Counted from the stretch's first letter, positions 1 to 10,436 are shown. The stretch: 45,245 bases of DNA from Octopus sinensis (GCF_006345805.1 NW_021834814.1:1-45245), one strand, 5' to 3'. The notes: a model not told the origin generated them from the sequence alone. A program made the numbers and translations.

Positions 1-369
1 GACTTCACTTTCTTCAGTTAATATCAAGTAAAAAATATTGCAACTTTTTCACGAGTAAATACGGTAAGTAAATGCCACTAGACAGTATTTGATATTCTAA
101 CGATTCTGTCGAAATACATGCCATCGTAAAGAAGCACACACACGCGCACGCACACACACACACACACACGCACACACACACACGTACGCTTGCAAATGCA
201 TGCATACACACACACACACACGTACGCTTGCAAATGCATGCATACATGTACGTACTCCTAAATAAATACATATCTGTGTAAAGAATGAAAATTTTTGAAT
301 GGTGCAGCAATGCACTATAATACAGACAATGGGCCATTTACCTGTTGTAATTTAGTCATCCTTAGTCTG

Positions 370-406
370 ATATGATATTTCGGAATAATATTCTTTCATC
401 AGATAT
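370..406 (-). ncRNA. Minimal type I hammerhead ribozyme motif (decayed), 3' of a Penelope-like RT fragment
   Basis: Minus strand reads ATAT-CTGATGA-A-AGAAT-att-ATTCC-GAAA-TA-TC-ATAT: 4-bp stem I, canonical core, stem II with one mismatch, minimal stem III. Confidence 0.6.
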
Positions 407-429
407 TCTTAGATGGAGTCGCTGCTATA

Positions 430-975
430 ATCTGTTTTCCAATGGATTGATTATATCCACAAGGAAGCTCCTCAGTGGATGACATGCTGAACCTCTACAG
501 CTCACTATAGGTCTTCATAGAATACCAACCTTGTGAATCTTTGGAAGACCGTACATATGTGGTAGTTTGCTGTAGTGTTGAGTCAGTTGTCTGTACTTCA
601 CTGGTGTAAAGTGATCCTTGTTCTTGATCAAGATCTGTGACAACTTCCTCTCTGTTTTCAGAGTTGGGTCTTTCTTTACTTTGCTGTAGCTACCATTGCT
701 TATAAGACTTGCAAGTTTTTCCGAGTAGTTAGACTTGTTCATCACCACCGTAGTATTTCCCTTGTCCGCTTGAAGTTTTATGATGGAATTATCACTCTGT
801 AGTCTTTTGATAGCGAACTTTTCTTCCTTAGTGATGTTTTTTCGGGAAGTTTTGCTTTTTCTAGTGTCTATCTCACTTCCCACCTTAGTTCATCTCCCTG
901 AGCTTTTGGTATCTTTATGGCTATCTCTTCAATAGGAGCTATTATGTCCAAGTATGGAATGCGCTTGATGGTTGC
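430..975 (-). mobile_element. Penelope-like element (PLE) reverse transcriptase N-terminal fragment, pseudogenised
   Basis: ORF 515-883 has IIKLQADKGNTTVVM and MYGLPKIHK. After a stop it continues RPIVSCRGS, matching the PLE xKxADKG / LPKIHK..RPIVS motifs. Confidence 0.85.
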
Positions 976-1049
976 CGTAGTTTTATTCATATTAATGCTA
1001 TTTAAAGAGCTACTTGATTTTAAAAAACCAGAAACTAATAATGCTACTC

Positions 1050-1308
1050 ACCCCTACTAGTTATGGTAGTTAGGTTCACTATCGTAAGGTCGTGAGTTCG
1101 ATTCCTAGCGACTCATTGGGTCCTTAAGCAAGACGCTTTATTTTACGTTACTTCAGTTCACTCAGCTGGCAAAAATTCTGTGTCACGTTCAATCTCCCTG
1201 ACAACTACGTTAAGAGTATGCATGTTTGCGGAGTACTCAGCCACTTGCAAATTAATTTTCGTTGATCGGATCAACTGGAATACTCGTCGTCGTAACCGAC
1301 GGAGTGTC
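1050..1308 (+). mobile_element. Decayed tRNA-derived SINE
   Basis: B-box-like GAGTTCGATTCC. Body similar to the SINEs at 1959-2217 and 38301-38680 (CACTCAGCTGGCAAAAA; CTCGTCGTCGTAACCGACGGAGTG). Confidence 0.65.
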
Positions 1309-1540
1309 ATCAGTTTCCAGTTTTCGTCAGCCAAATTCTCTCAAAAGGCATTTGTCGATCCGGGGCTATAGTAGAAAACACTTGCCCAAGGAACCAAGAG
1401 AGAGAGAGAGTGAGTGAGAGAGACAGCAAAATGTCTGATGTCAAAAAACTCAGCGTCGAATCAGCGGCACCAAACGGCAGAGCCAAAACATCGCATACCC
1501 GACCAATTGGTCGGGTATAATATGAGGAAGAAAAATATCG

Positions 1541-1700
1541 AGGCGTAGGAGTGGCTGTGTGGTAAGTAGCTTGCTTACCAACCACATGGTCCTGGGTTCA
1601 GTCCCACTGCGTGGCACCTTGGGCTAGTGTCTTCTACTATAGCCTCGGGCCGACCAAAGCCTTGTGAGTGGATTTGGTAGACGGAAACTGAAAGCCCGTC

Positions 1701-1738
<38 letters not shown>

Positions 1739-1958
1739 TGTCTGTGTTTCTGTGTTTGTCTCTCCCCCCAACATCGCTTGACAACCGATGCTGGTGTGAT
1801 TACGTCCCCGTAACTTAGCGGTTCCCAAAAGAGACCGATAGAATAAGTACTAGGCTTACAAAGAATAAGTCTTGGGGTCGATTTGCTCGACTAAAGGTGG
1901 TGCTCCAGCATGGCCAGGGTCAAATGACTGAAACAAGTAATAGAGTAAAAGAGTAATA
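1541..1958 (+). mobile_element. Bipartite tRNA-derived SINE (family A): tRNA-like head, central (TG)n, 3' half
   Basis: A-box-like TGGCTGTGTGG, B-box GGTTCAGTCCC, (TG)n at about 1705-1737, tail GACTGAAACAAGTAA..AGAGTA. Many paralogues in this window. Confidence 0.85.
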
Positions 1959-2217
1959 AATAAAATAAATGCGCCCTTTTAAAGCCTAGCCAGACTCATG
2001 GGCCCGGTTTCCCGGTTTCTATGGCGTATGTGTTCCGCAGCTGGACGGGACGCCAGTCCATCGCAGCGTTACTCATTTTTGCCAGCTGAGTGGACTGGAG
2101 CAACGTGAAATGAAGTGTTTTGCTCAAGAACGCAACGCGTCGCCCGGTCCAGGAATCGAAACCACAATCTTACGATCATGGTACTGCCACCTTAACCACT
2201 AAGCCACGCACCTCCAC
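1959..2217 (-). mobile_element. Full-length tRNA-derived SINE with V-SINE-like core and 13-bp TSD
   Basis: Minus strand TGGCTTAGTGG...GGTTTCGATTCC head, GCGATGGACTGGCGTCCCGTCCAG core, (ATTT)n tail. TAAAAGAGTAATA is duplicated at 1946-1958 and 2218-2230. Confidence 0.85.
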
Positions 2218-2314
2218 TAAAAGAGTAATACAGATGAGAATACTGAGACCGATAGATCAAAACTACACTCGTAGGACTTAGAAATAAAGACAGCGAGCTG
2301 CTACTGTCTGAGTT

Positions 2315-2430
2315 CGTAACTGGTACTTAATTTATCGACCCTGAAAGGATGAAAGGCAAAGTCGACCTCGGCGGAATTTGAACTAAGCATTTCGCCCGGC
2401 GTGCTAACGTTTCTGCTAGCTCGCCACCTT
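2315..2430 (-). mobile_element. SINE family B fragment
   Basis: Reverse complement of the GGCGAGCTGGCAGAAACGTTAGCACGCCGGGCGAAATGCTTAG family seen at 27920-28520 and 37660-38240. Confidence 0.75.
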
Positions 2431-4076
2431 AAGTCTGTAAATACAGCTGCCAAAATAAGCTTTCAGCTTTTAGTTGACTTCAGCCGCGAAAAATAACAGC
2501 ATTTTTTAAAATGCCGAAACTGGTATTTAATAAAGGCATCAACATAATATACTTCCCATATATTTTATGCAAGCTTTTTACAACACTTCATCTATTCTCA
2601 TGCTAAGTTCTGATCCTAATACATTTATCAAAATTAGTATATTTTGTCAATAATCAACATGGCCGACATTCCATACATTCATGATATAAATATCATTATG
2701 ATATGACCTATATATAAATCTGTTATAGTGAAACGTGCCTACATCACGACACACTAATTTTATTTAATATACGCTCACTGCGTATTTTCCTATGATTCAT
2801 ATAATTGAGTCTCTGTATAAATTATATTACAGTTTTGGTGTACTAAGACAGATATACAAAGGATACGGTAAATTAAGAAACTTGTGTTGCAATCCATTAA
2901 TGGAGCTGTGGATATAAAGAAAACACTCACAAATTCATATACGCTCTTATAAACATACAAATTAATGCATATGTAGACATCACATTGCATTTTTTAGTTC
3001 ATCTAATCAAAGACTTTATTTATTAAAAGGGCTCTTAAAGTAATAAGAAATTTGAAATCAGTTGACGATGTGGAATAAATAAACGAAATGAAAGAAGCCT
3101 GGATGTACCTGTATAGATAATTATGTTTGTGTTTAACTCCCGGTAAACCTTCCTGGATAACTCGATATTTCTGCTACTGCTTGCTTCTCAGTCAATACTG
3201 AACGACAAATGAAGCCAGCTATAAATAACTGCAAGCTTCGAGGCGTTAATTATAAAGTGAACGAGCATCTTTTCTGTTTGGCTGCCACTTTTCAGTTTCT
3301 TCAATTTTGTTCCAGTTGATATCATATTTGGTGAGGTGATGTAGTTTTGTATGGTAATCAGTGACATGACATTCATTCTCACCAAAAATCAATAAATAAA
3401 GCGTTAATAGCTTTTAAAATTTGCAAATTTAGGATGATTTTAGCCAGTCGAAAGCCACAGACATAGAGGTGCCGTTTCTATAGTAACAAGCCAAACTGTT
3501 AAAAAGCTGTTTACTTATTTGGTCATTATCGCTTATTAGATGCTTAAAACACATGCGGTGTGAGGTGGTCATGAGATATGCTAAAAATTATAGCTAAATA
3601 GGCCTTAACTCACGCACCAAGATCATTTTTTTCTTTTTGCACAATCGCATTGATTCCCGTTTGTAGAATACAAATTCGCAAAAATTTTCTGAAAACTCTA
3701 AAAATAAAAAAAAAAGTTATGAGGGTTACAAGGCGTGTGCAAAGCAGAATTCCGTCTATATTTCATGTGTTTACTGTTGACAACGCGTGCAGTCACACAC
3801 AAAATGATAGCTTCCAAATCCTGTTTTCTGACTGGTTAAACTGTCGTATATCTAAATTTGACCAAATGCGTTTTATTTTTGCATACCTTAGCCAGTTCTT
3901 TTGGTCAAACAAATTGTATATCCAGCTGCTTCAGATGCCAAGGTATCAAAAACTGTCAAAATGTAGCAAAACGGTTTTACTATGGAATGGTGATGATGAA
4001 ACATTTTTCGTTTTCTGAAAATCCAATGTTTTGGAGTTACGACACTTTTGCATAATAGCACCGACATATATATATA

Positions 4077-4115
<39 letters not shown>

Positions 4116-4162
4116 AAGTTTGAAAACGCCACTATATAAGATCAATTTTAATTTACTAAGAG

Positions 4163-4209
4163 ATTTTACATGTTTCGGTTCTTCTTGAAAAAATGAACCT
4201 TATCAAAAT
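4163..4209 (-). ncRNA. Type I hammerhead motif with U3-A8 core (weak stem I)
   Basis: Minus strand ATT-TTGATAA-GGTTC-attttttcaagaa-GAACC-GAAA-CATG-TA-AAAT: perfect 5-bp stem II, palindromic ACATGT stem III. Lies about 50 nt upstream (minus sense) of a (TA)n tract. Confidence 0.55.
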
Positions 4210-4793
4210 ATTTTTAAAAGTTAAGTGTAATAAAAAAGTTCATAATTGTTTCTTACTAGTCTCGACAGAGTCCACGTGGTATATATATTTGCCACCTAAT
4301 ATATTTGCCGCCTAAATGTGGCTGACCCATATGGGACGATGCTCCCGTTGTTTTTAACCCCAAGAACACATTTCCTCCAGCTGGCTAATGACACATTATC
4401 TGTGACCGATCAGTATTTGCGAAGGGAATCGTCGTTCCCATCTCTAGCCTTACGTGATACACACGATATACATATACATATATATATGAATAAATGTAAG
4501 GACAAGCAAATTAGGCAAGTCGATATACAAAATGTATTAAATACGTTTAATACAAAAAATAGACATATTTCTTTTATTCTTCTACTTGTTTCAGTCATTT
4601 GACAGCGGCCATCCTGGAGCACCGCCTTTGGTCGAACAAATTGACCCCCAGGACCTATTCTTTGTAAACCTAGTACTTATTCTATCGGCCACTTTTGCCG
4701 AACCGCTACGTTGCGGGGACGTAAGCACACCAACATCAGTTGTTAAGTGATGGTGAAGGGAAAAGAACAAAAATATATACATACATTCACACA

Positions 4794-4861
<68 letters not shown>

Positions 4862-5077
4862 ATAATAAATCTCTGAGCGAGATATAAACAGTAACTGCTC
4901 TATAACATAAGGGGGATCAGCCATCTGAATGTGGCTAGGGACAGGGCAGGGTGGTGGAGGTGTTACTGATGCATTTAGCCCCAGGCGATCATCGACGTCA
5001 CCAGAAGAGCCGACACCATCTCGGTGTCCTTGCCAGCCTGCAAAGGGAGATCAGCCTCCCCGAAGATACGGATACTA

Positions 5078-5120
5078 CATACGGACCGGTTTCGAGGTTA
5101 TTGCCTCTTGTCAACGCATG
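5078..5120 (-). ncRNA. Type I hammerhead ribozyme (U3-A8 variant), inverted copy
   Basis: Reverse complement identical to 5316-5358. Confidence 0.85.
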
Positions 5121-5315
5121 GCAAGTACCGTTCTTCGTTGAGGGACTTCCTCTACAGGCTGGATATATAGGGATTTAGCAGTTACTGTTTATATCTCGCT
5201 CAGAGATTTATTATTGTTTTCGAACGGTTTTTCTACGCCAGTGACTGTGGTTACTGTGAAAATCCCTATATATCCAGCCTGTAGAGGAAGTCCCTCAACG
5301 AAGAACGGTACTTGC

Positions 5316-5358
5316 CATGCGTTGACAAGAGGCAATAACCTCGAAACCGGTCCGTATG
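5316..5358 (+). ncRNA. Type I hammerhead ribozyme (U3-A8 variant)
   Basis: CATGCG-TTGACAA-GAGG-caataa-CCTC-GAAA-CCGG-TC-CGTATG. Predicted GUC cleavage after 5352; palindromic ACCGGT stem III. Confidence 0.88.
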
Positions 5359-5675
5359 TAGTATCCGTATCTTCGGGGAGGCTGATCTCCCTTTGCAGGC
5401 TGGCAAGGACACCGAGATGGTGTCGGCTCTTCTGGTGACGTCGATGATCGCCTGGGGCTAAATGCATCAGTAACACCCCCACCACCCTGCCCTGCCCCTA
5501 GCCACATTCAGATGGCTGATCCCCCTTATGTTATAGAGCAGTTACTTTTTATATCTCGCTCAGAGATTTGTTATTGTTTTCGAACGGTTTTTCTACACCA
5601 GTGACTGTGGTTACTGTGAAAATCCCTATATATCCAGCCTGTAGAGGAAGTCCCTCAACGAAGAACGGTACTTGC

Positions 5676-5718
5676 CATGCGTTGACAAGAGGCAATAACC
5701 TCGAAACCGGTCCGTATG
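5676..5718 (+). ncRNA. Type I hammerhead ribozyme (U3-A8 variant), second tandem copy
   Basis: Identical to 5316-5358. Predicted cleavage after 5712, 360 nt downstream of the first site. Confidence 0.88.
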
Positions 5719-6379
5719 TAGTATCCGTATCTTCGGGGAGGCTGATCTCCCTTTGCAGGCTGGCAAGGACACCGAGATGGTGTCGGCCCTTCTGGTGACG
5801 TCGCGATCGCCTGGGGCTAAATGCATCAGTAACACCCCCACCACCCTGCCCTGTCCCTAGCCACATTCAGATGGCTGATCCCCCTTATGTTATATATATA
5901 TGAATATGTATATATGACGGGCTTCTTTCAGTTTCCGTCTACCAAATCCACCCACAAGGCTTTGCTCGGCCTAAGGCTATAGCAGAAGACACATGCTCAA
6001 AGTGCCCCGCAGTGGGACTGAACCCGGAACCATGTGGTTGCGAGGCAAGCTTCTTACCATACTCCTGCGCCTATATGTATACATATGAAAAAAAGTTCGA
6101 CTTACACAGAATAGAAATGATATCAGCAATTAAAGGGATTGGGTAAGAGTTTTACGTGTCCAACAGCTTGTTTCAGTCATTAGATTGGGGCCATGCTAGG
6201 GCACTGCGCTAAAATATTTTAGTCAGACGAATCGATAGCAGTACTTTTTTTGTTAACCTGATACTTAATCTATCGATGTCTTTTACCAAACAGCTAAGTT
6301 AGGGAGATGTAAACACACCAACAGCGATTGTCAAAGACAAAGTCACACGCACACATATATGTACGTATGTAGGCATATA

Positions 6380-6415
<36 letters not shown>

Positions 6416-6609
6416 TGTATGATGTATGTATGTATGTATGTATGCATGCATGCATGTATGTGTGTATGCACGTACGTACGTACGTATGCATATATGTATT
6501 TAAAAATCTTTAAATCCTTAACCTTTTAATCTTTAAATTCTTTCAGCTTCATAGCTGCGGTCATTCTGGGGCACCACCGTTACGTATATGTATATATATA
6601 TATATATAT

Positions 6610-6670
<61 letters not shown>

Positions 6671-8064
6671 ATGTATGTATGTATGTATGTATGTATGTGT
6701 GTATACATACACATATATATTCATGCATGTATTCATAGAAATCCAATCGTTTACTGGTACAGAAAGAATTCAAAAGAAATTCAAAGATCCATATGTGTTT
6801 CCTGCAATGGGCATAAGCACACAGTCACATGTGCGCATATAGCATATTCACACACACATACATAAAAGAATAATCACTTGCACACTCGCATATGCATACA
6901 CACACATACGTGTACTAAAGGAATATGGACATCCATTACACGAATGTCTCTATATCTACATATATACACCTACACATATGCATAATCTTGCAGAAATCCT
7001 TTGAACTGTCTTGAATCAAACAGAAAAGCCTTGTCACTTCTTTAGTGCCCGATTTGGATTCTGCTTACATCTGAAATAATCTCAAAGAAAAACATACACA
7101 TATAAAAATAAACTTACATAAATATAAACATACGTACATACACATATATATGGACGGACGTTCATAATAACATAAACACAGATATGCATATGCATAGATA
7201 AATACACACACACATATGTACAAACTTAGCTACATATATACATACGTACAAGCATGCATAAACACACAAATTCATAGATACGTATACATATACCTATACA
7301 CATACATACGCATACATACACTTATAGATACACACACACACGTACCCAAGTACAGACATGCATGCAAACATAATATGCATGGATAGTTTTACCTAAAAGA
7401 GGAAGACGCCAAAATTGACAACGATTGCTGTGTCTCTAGGGCTCGTAGCTACTTCCATTAGGTCACATCTCAAATGTTATGCTCTGAGAGCAAAAGATTA
7501 CCACAAAATACCTGCTAAACAAACGAAGGTTTTGAAGCATTCATAATGCCGGAAATGCTACTTTTGTTCAAAGGACATTATTTTACATGTAGTCAGCAGT
7601 TGTTTTAAAATATCATTAAAGGTATTACATTTCTCCAAACATACAATTTCATGTTCTTGTGAAATGACATCAAAGGCTTCTCTGGATATATATTAAAACT
7701 GCTTGAAAAATAATTCTGTTATTGAATTTCAACGCAAAATTATTGTGTTTTATTTTTTACTTCTTTCACTCATTAGACTGCGGACACGTTGGATCAACGC
7801 TTTGAAGAACTTTTAGTCGAATGAATCAACCCCAGTGCTTATATTTTCTTAAAGTCTGATACTTATTCTATCGGTATCATTTATTCGAACCGCTAATTAA
7901 CGGGGACGTGAACAAACCAATACCGGTTGTTAAACGGTAGTGGAAGACAAATACAGAAACAAAGACACACACGTACAAATACACTCATACATGCAAACAT
8001 ATATAAATACCTCAATACATACATACATGCACACTCACACACACTTACACACAAACACACACAC

Positions 8065-8660
8065 ATGAGCGCCTCTCCTCTTCACCGTTCCCTCTCTCTC
8101 ACTCTTCCTCCTTGACTCTCTCGTCGCTGACACGTGACGAAAGGGAATCTATCTTTCTGTCCATTTCCTTCCTAAAAACAAGACGTGCTTATACCTGTCT
8201 CCTCTCATAGCTCGTCCTCCTAGTGTTCATAATAATTTTTATATCGTCTTGGCTTAACAACCCTCACCGTTTGTTTTTACTGTCTTGTTCTCACTGTCCT
8301 GTTCTTGTTACCACTTTCCCCCTCCGCAAAAAACCCCAAATTTTATTTAAGTTGCTTTGCGGGAAGGATTGTTTCAACGAAGTCGCGTATTGTCTTTACC
8401 TTCGTAACGCAGAGAAGATGAAACAGGGACAACTGATGATGGGGAGCATTCTTTATGTTGCATGTCTCGCTTCTCTGTTTTTTTTTTTTCGTTGTTCGAA
8501 AAATAGTTCGTTTTCGATATTTATGTTTTTATGTTTTCGTTTCTCATTATGTTCAACGTTTTTTTTATGTCCTTTACCCATATATGCATGTATATATACA
8601 TATATATGTAGGTATGTACATATATGTATGTATATATGCATATATTTATATATTATAGTA
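8065..8660 (+). mobile_element. Non-coding dispersed repeat carrying the permuted hammerhead motif (probable PLE pseudo-LTR / retrozyme-like)
   Basis: Shares a pyrimidine-rich leader, ribozyme-like core and T-rich 3' part ending in TATGCATGTATATATACAT..(TA)n with 14537-14830, 25309-26267 and 36190-36700. Confidence 0.7.
8324..8455 (+). ncRNA. Non-circularly permuted hammerhead-like RNA (core mutated GAAA>GTAA)
   Basis: GCG-TA-TTGTCTT (8385-8396), CCTTC-GTAA-CGC (8399-8410), GGGACAA-CTGATGA-TGGGG (8426-8444). Upstream CCGCAAA/TTTGCGG hairpin, then GAAGG. Confidence 0.7.
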
Positions 8661-9553
8661 TTATTATTATATATGTATATATATATGTGTGTGTGCGTGT
8701 GTGCGTGTATGTGTGTGAGTGTGTGTGTGTATAAATGAAAAGAAAATGGAGATATACATTATATGAATATAATATAATATAATATTATGTTAATAAATTT
8801 TAATTTTTGAATTGACAATTGTACATCTCCATTTTCTATATATTTTTTATAAATTTAATATATACCCATGTGAACTGTAAAGATTTTCTTTACTAAATTG
8901 GGTATTAAATGGTTGAGCCAAATTAAAAATTGAATGTTTTCATCCCACTTTTCCTTATATTGGATAGAGGAAGCGCCGATATAGAAATAGACATTGGCGC
9001 TTCCTCTTCCCAGTTATCTAAGAGAATTTCCAATCATTATTCTTCATTTAGGGATAGCAGTAAACGTAATAGCACAGGGCTAAGTAAATTGGTTTGGTAT
9101 CTTAAAGACAACAATAAGGATTTTAAGTTAGATTGGCTTATCCTGTCATCTCTTTCCCTTATGACAAGGGCAAAGGATTTTGTAACATTTGCAACTCTGA
9201 ACTCTTCCATATTCTCTTCTCTAATAAATCACCTTATTAACACACATATAGAGCGATCTTACAAATGTATACACTGGCAGAAACATACTTTTAGCTCATA
9301 TAAGTGATTTATACCAGTCTGTATAGTTTGACCATTTAGTTCACCTTGCACTTTACTTCAATAGAGAAATCTACTTCCAACACTTTGAACATTTTTGCAA
9401 CCAATAATCTCTCTTTATTTGTTCTCTACTAATTATTTCTTTACTCCTTCTCTTCCTAGTATCTGCCTTTGACGTCAGATCTACTAACGGTTTTTTTTTA
9501 AATACTTAATAGCGTTCTGTTTACCATTTATGCAATCATCAAAATTGTTATTA

Positions 9554-10032
9554 CCGTAAATCCTCGAGTATAGTCCGCCCTTGAGTATAATACGCAGGGG
9601 ATTTTTAGGGGGCTGTACCTCTGAAAAACCTAAACCTTGTATATAATACACACCCCTTCTCAAACTTGGTTTGTAAAAATGTATACGGTAACGTCCTTTA
9701 TTATTATTGCATATATAACATAATGCAAACGTGTAGCTTTTTTGTGCATTTTGTTTGCAGAAAATAAAGAAATAACAGTAATAACAGTAATAACACTTAA
9801 TAAATGTTGCTTACTGCAAGTTATGGATGATTCTTTTATGACCTCATTGCTTTCTGGCTTAGCTTAATGTATTTTCGCGCTCGACATCACAAAATGCGTC
9901 TGAATAAACATTGCCGGACCGCAAATAGAGACTCGTACATTGCTTAGAAAATAATTTTCATTTTTAACCTCGTATATAGTACGCACTAGGGATTTTGACC
10001 TTTAAATGCGAATTATTCTCGAGGATTTACGG
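9554..10032. mobile_element. Tc1/mariner-superfamily (pogo/Tigger-like) MITE
   Basis: TIRs CCGTAAATCCTCGAG / CTCGAGGATTTACGG, TA on both sides (9552-9553, 10033-10034), repeated subterminal TATA(A/G)TACGCA motifs. Confidence 0.88.
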
Positions 10033-10062
10033 TATGTCTTGCTGTTGAGATAGGTTCCTTTT

Positions 10063-10148
10063 CTTTCCTGATGAGAAGATTACATTATTTTACACCGTTT
10101 ATCCCTTTGAAATAAAACCAATGTTGTCTTCGAAACATAAGTCGAAAG
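10063..10148 (+). ncRNA. Type I hammerhead ribozyme with long stem II
   Basis: CTTTC-CTGATGA-GAAGA...TCTTC-GAAA-CATAAG-TC-GAAAG. Predicted GUC cleavage after 10143. Confidence 0.82.
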
Positions 10149-10334
10149 TAAAATAGTTTGAATAACACATCCGTACAACTCCATTTATTTACTTATACTA
10201 TACAAATTACTGCACATTAACCCGGAGTTTCTACTTTTGAATAGGTCGCTACATCCTTGTTACTCGCGTGAATTTTGCTAAGCTGGTATTGAATTTTCCG
10301 TGTTAACTGTAAACAAAGGATAATTCATTCATCT

Positions 10335-10366
<32 letters not shown>

Positions 10367-10397
10367 CATACATACATACAACATACATACATACAAC

Positions 10398-10431
<34 letters not shown>

Positions 10432-10436
<5 letters not shown>

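Larger units (their letters stand above)
4859..5893. mobile_element. Retrozyme / PLE pseudo-LTR-like array: one inverted partial copy plus two direct 360-bp units, each with a hammerhead
   Basis: 5178-5537 and 5538-5893 are near-identical at an offset of 360. 4859-5176 is their reverse complement. Flanked by (TA)n on both sides. Confidence 0.9.
4578..6072 (-). mobile_element. SINE family A, split by a 1-kb insertion in its central microsatellite
   Basis: 3' half at about 4578-4780 and tRNA-like 5' half at about 5915-6072 flank (CA)n(TA)n and the inserted repeat. Confidence 0.8.
8966..10335 (+). mobile_element. PLE 3' fragment: GIY-YIG endonuclease remnant plus 3' pseudo-LTR with hammerhead, interrupted by a MITE
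   Basis: ORF 8930-9307 IGASSSQLSKRISNHYSSF..STGLSKLVWYLKD resembles a PLE GIY-YIG C-terminus. HHR at 10063-10148; ends at (CATA)n. Confidence 0.75.

Noticed and set aside
1541-1620. tRNA gene
   Set aside because: The A/B boxes belong to a SINE head that continues into a repeated body; no complete cloverleaf.
3188-4055. ORFs 3188-3385, 3650-4018 and 3858-4055 as host exons
   Set aside because: No recognisable motif or convincing splice sites; possibly an old DNA-transposon remnant, but no TIRs could be established.
4929-5866. 70-105 aa ORFs repeated in the 360-bp units
   Set aside because: No recognisable domain; a small indel in the second unit shifts the frames; the repeat is better explained by its RNA structure.
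5178-5893. CRISPR array or LTR pair
   Set aside because: The units are adjacent with no unique spacers, no cas genes, no TG..CA ends, PBS or internal region; the context is eukaryotic.
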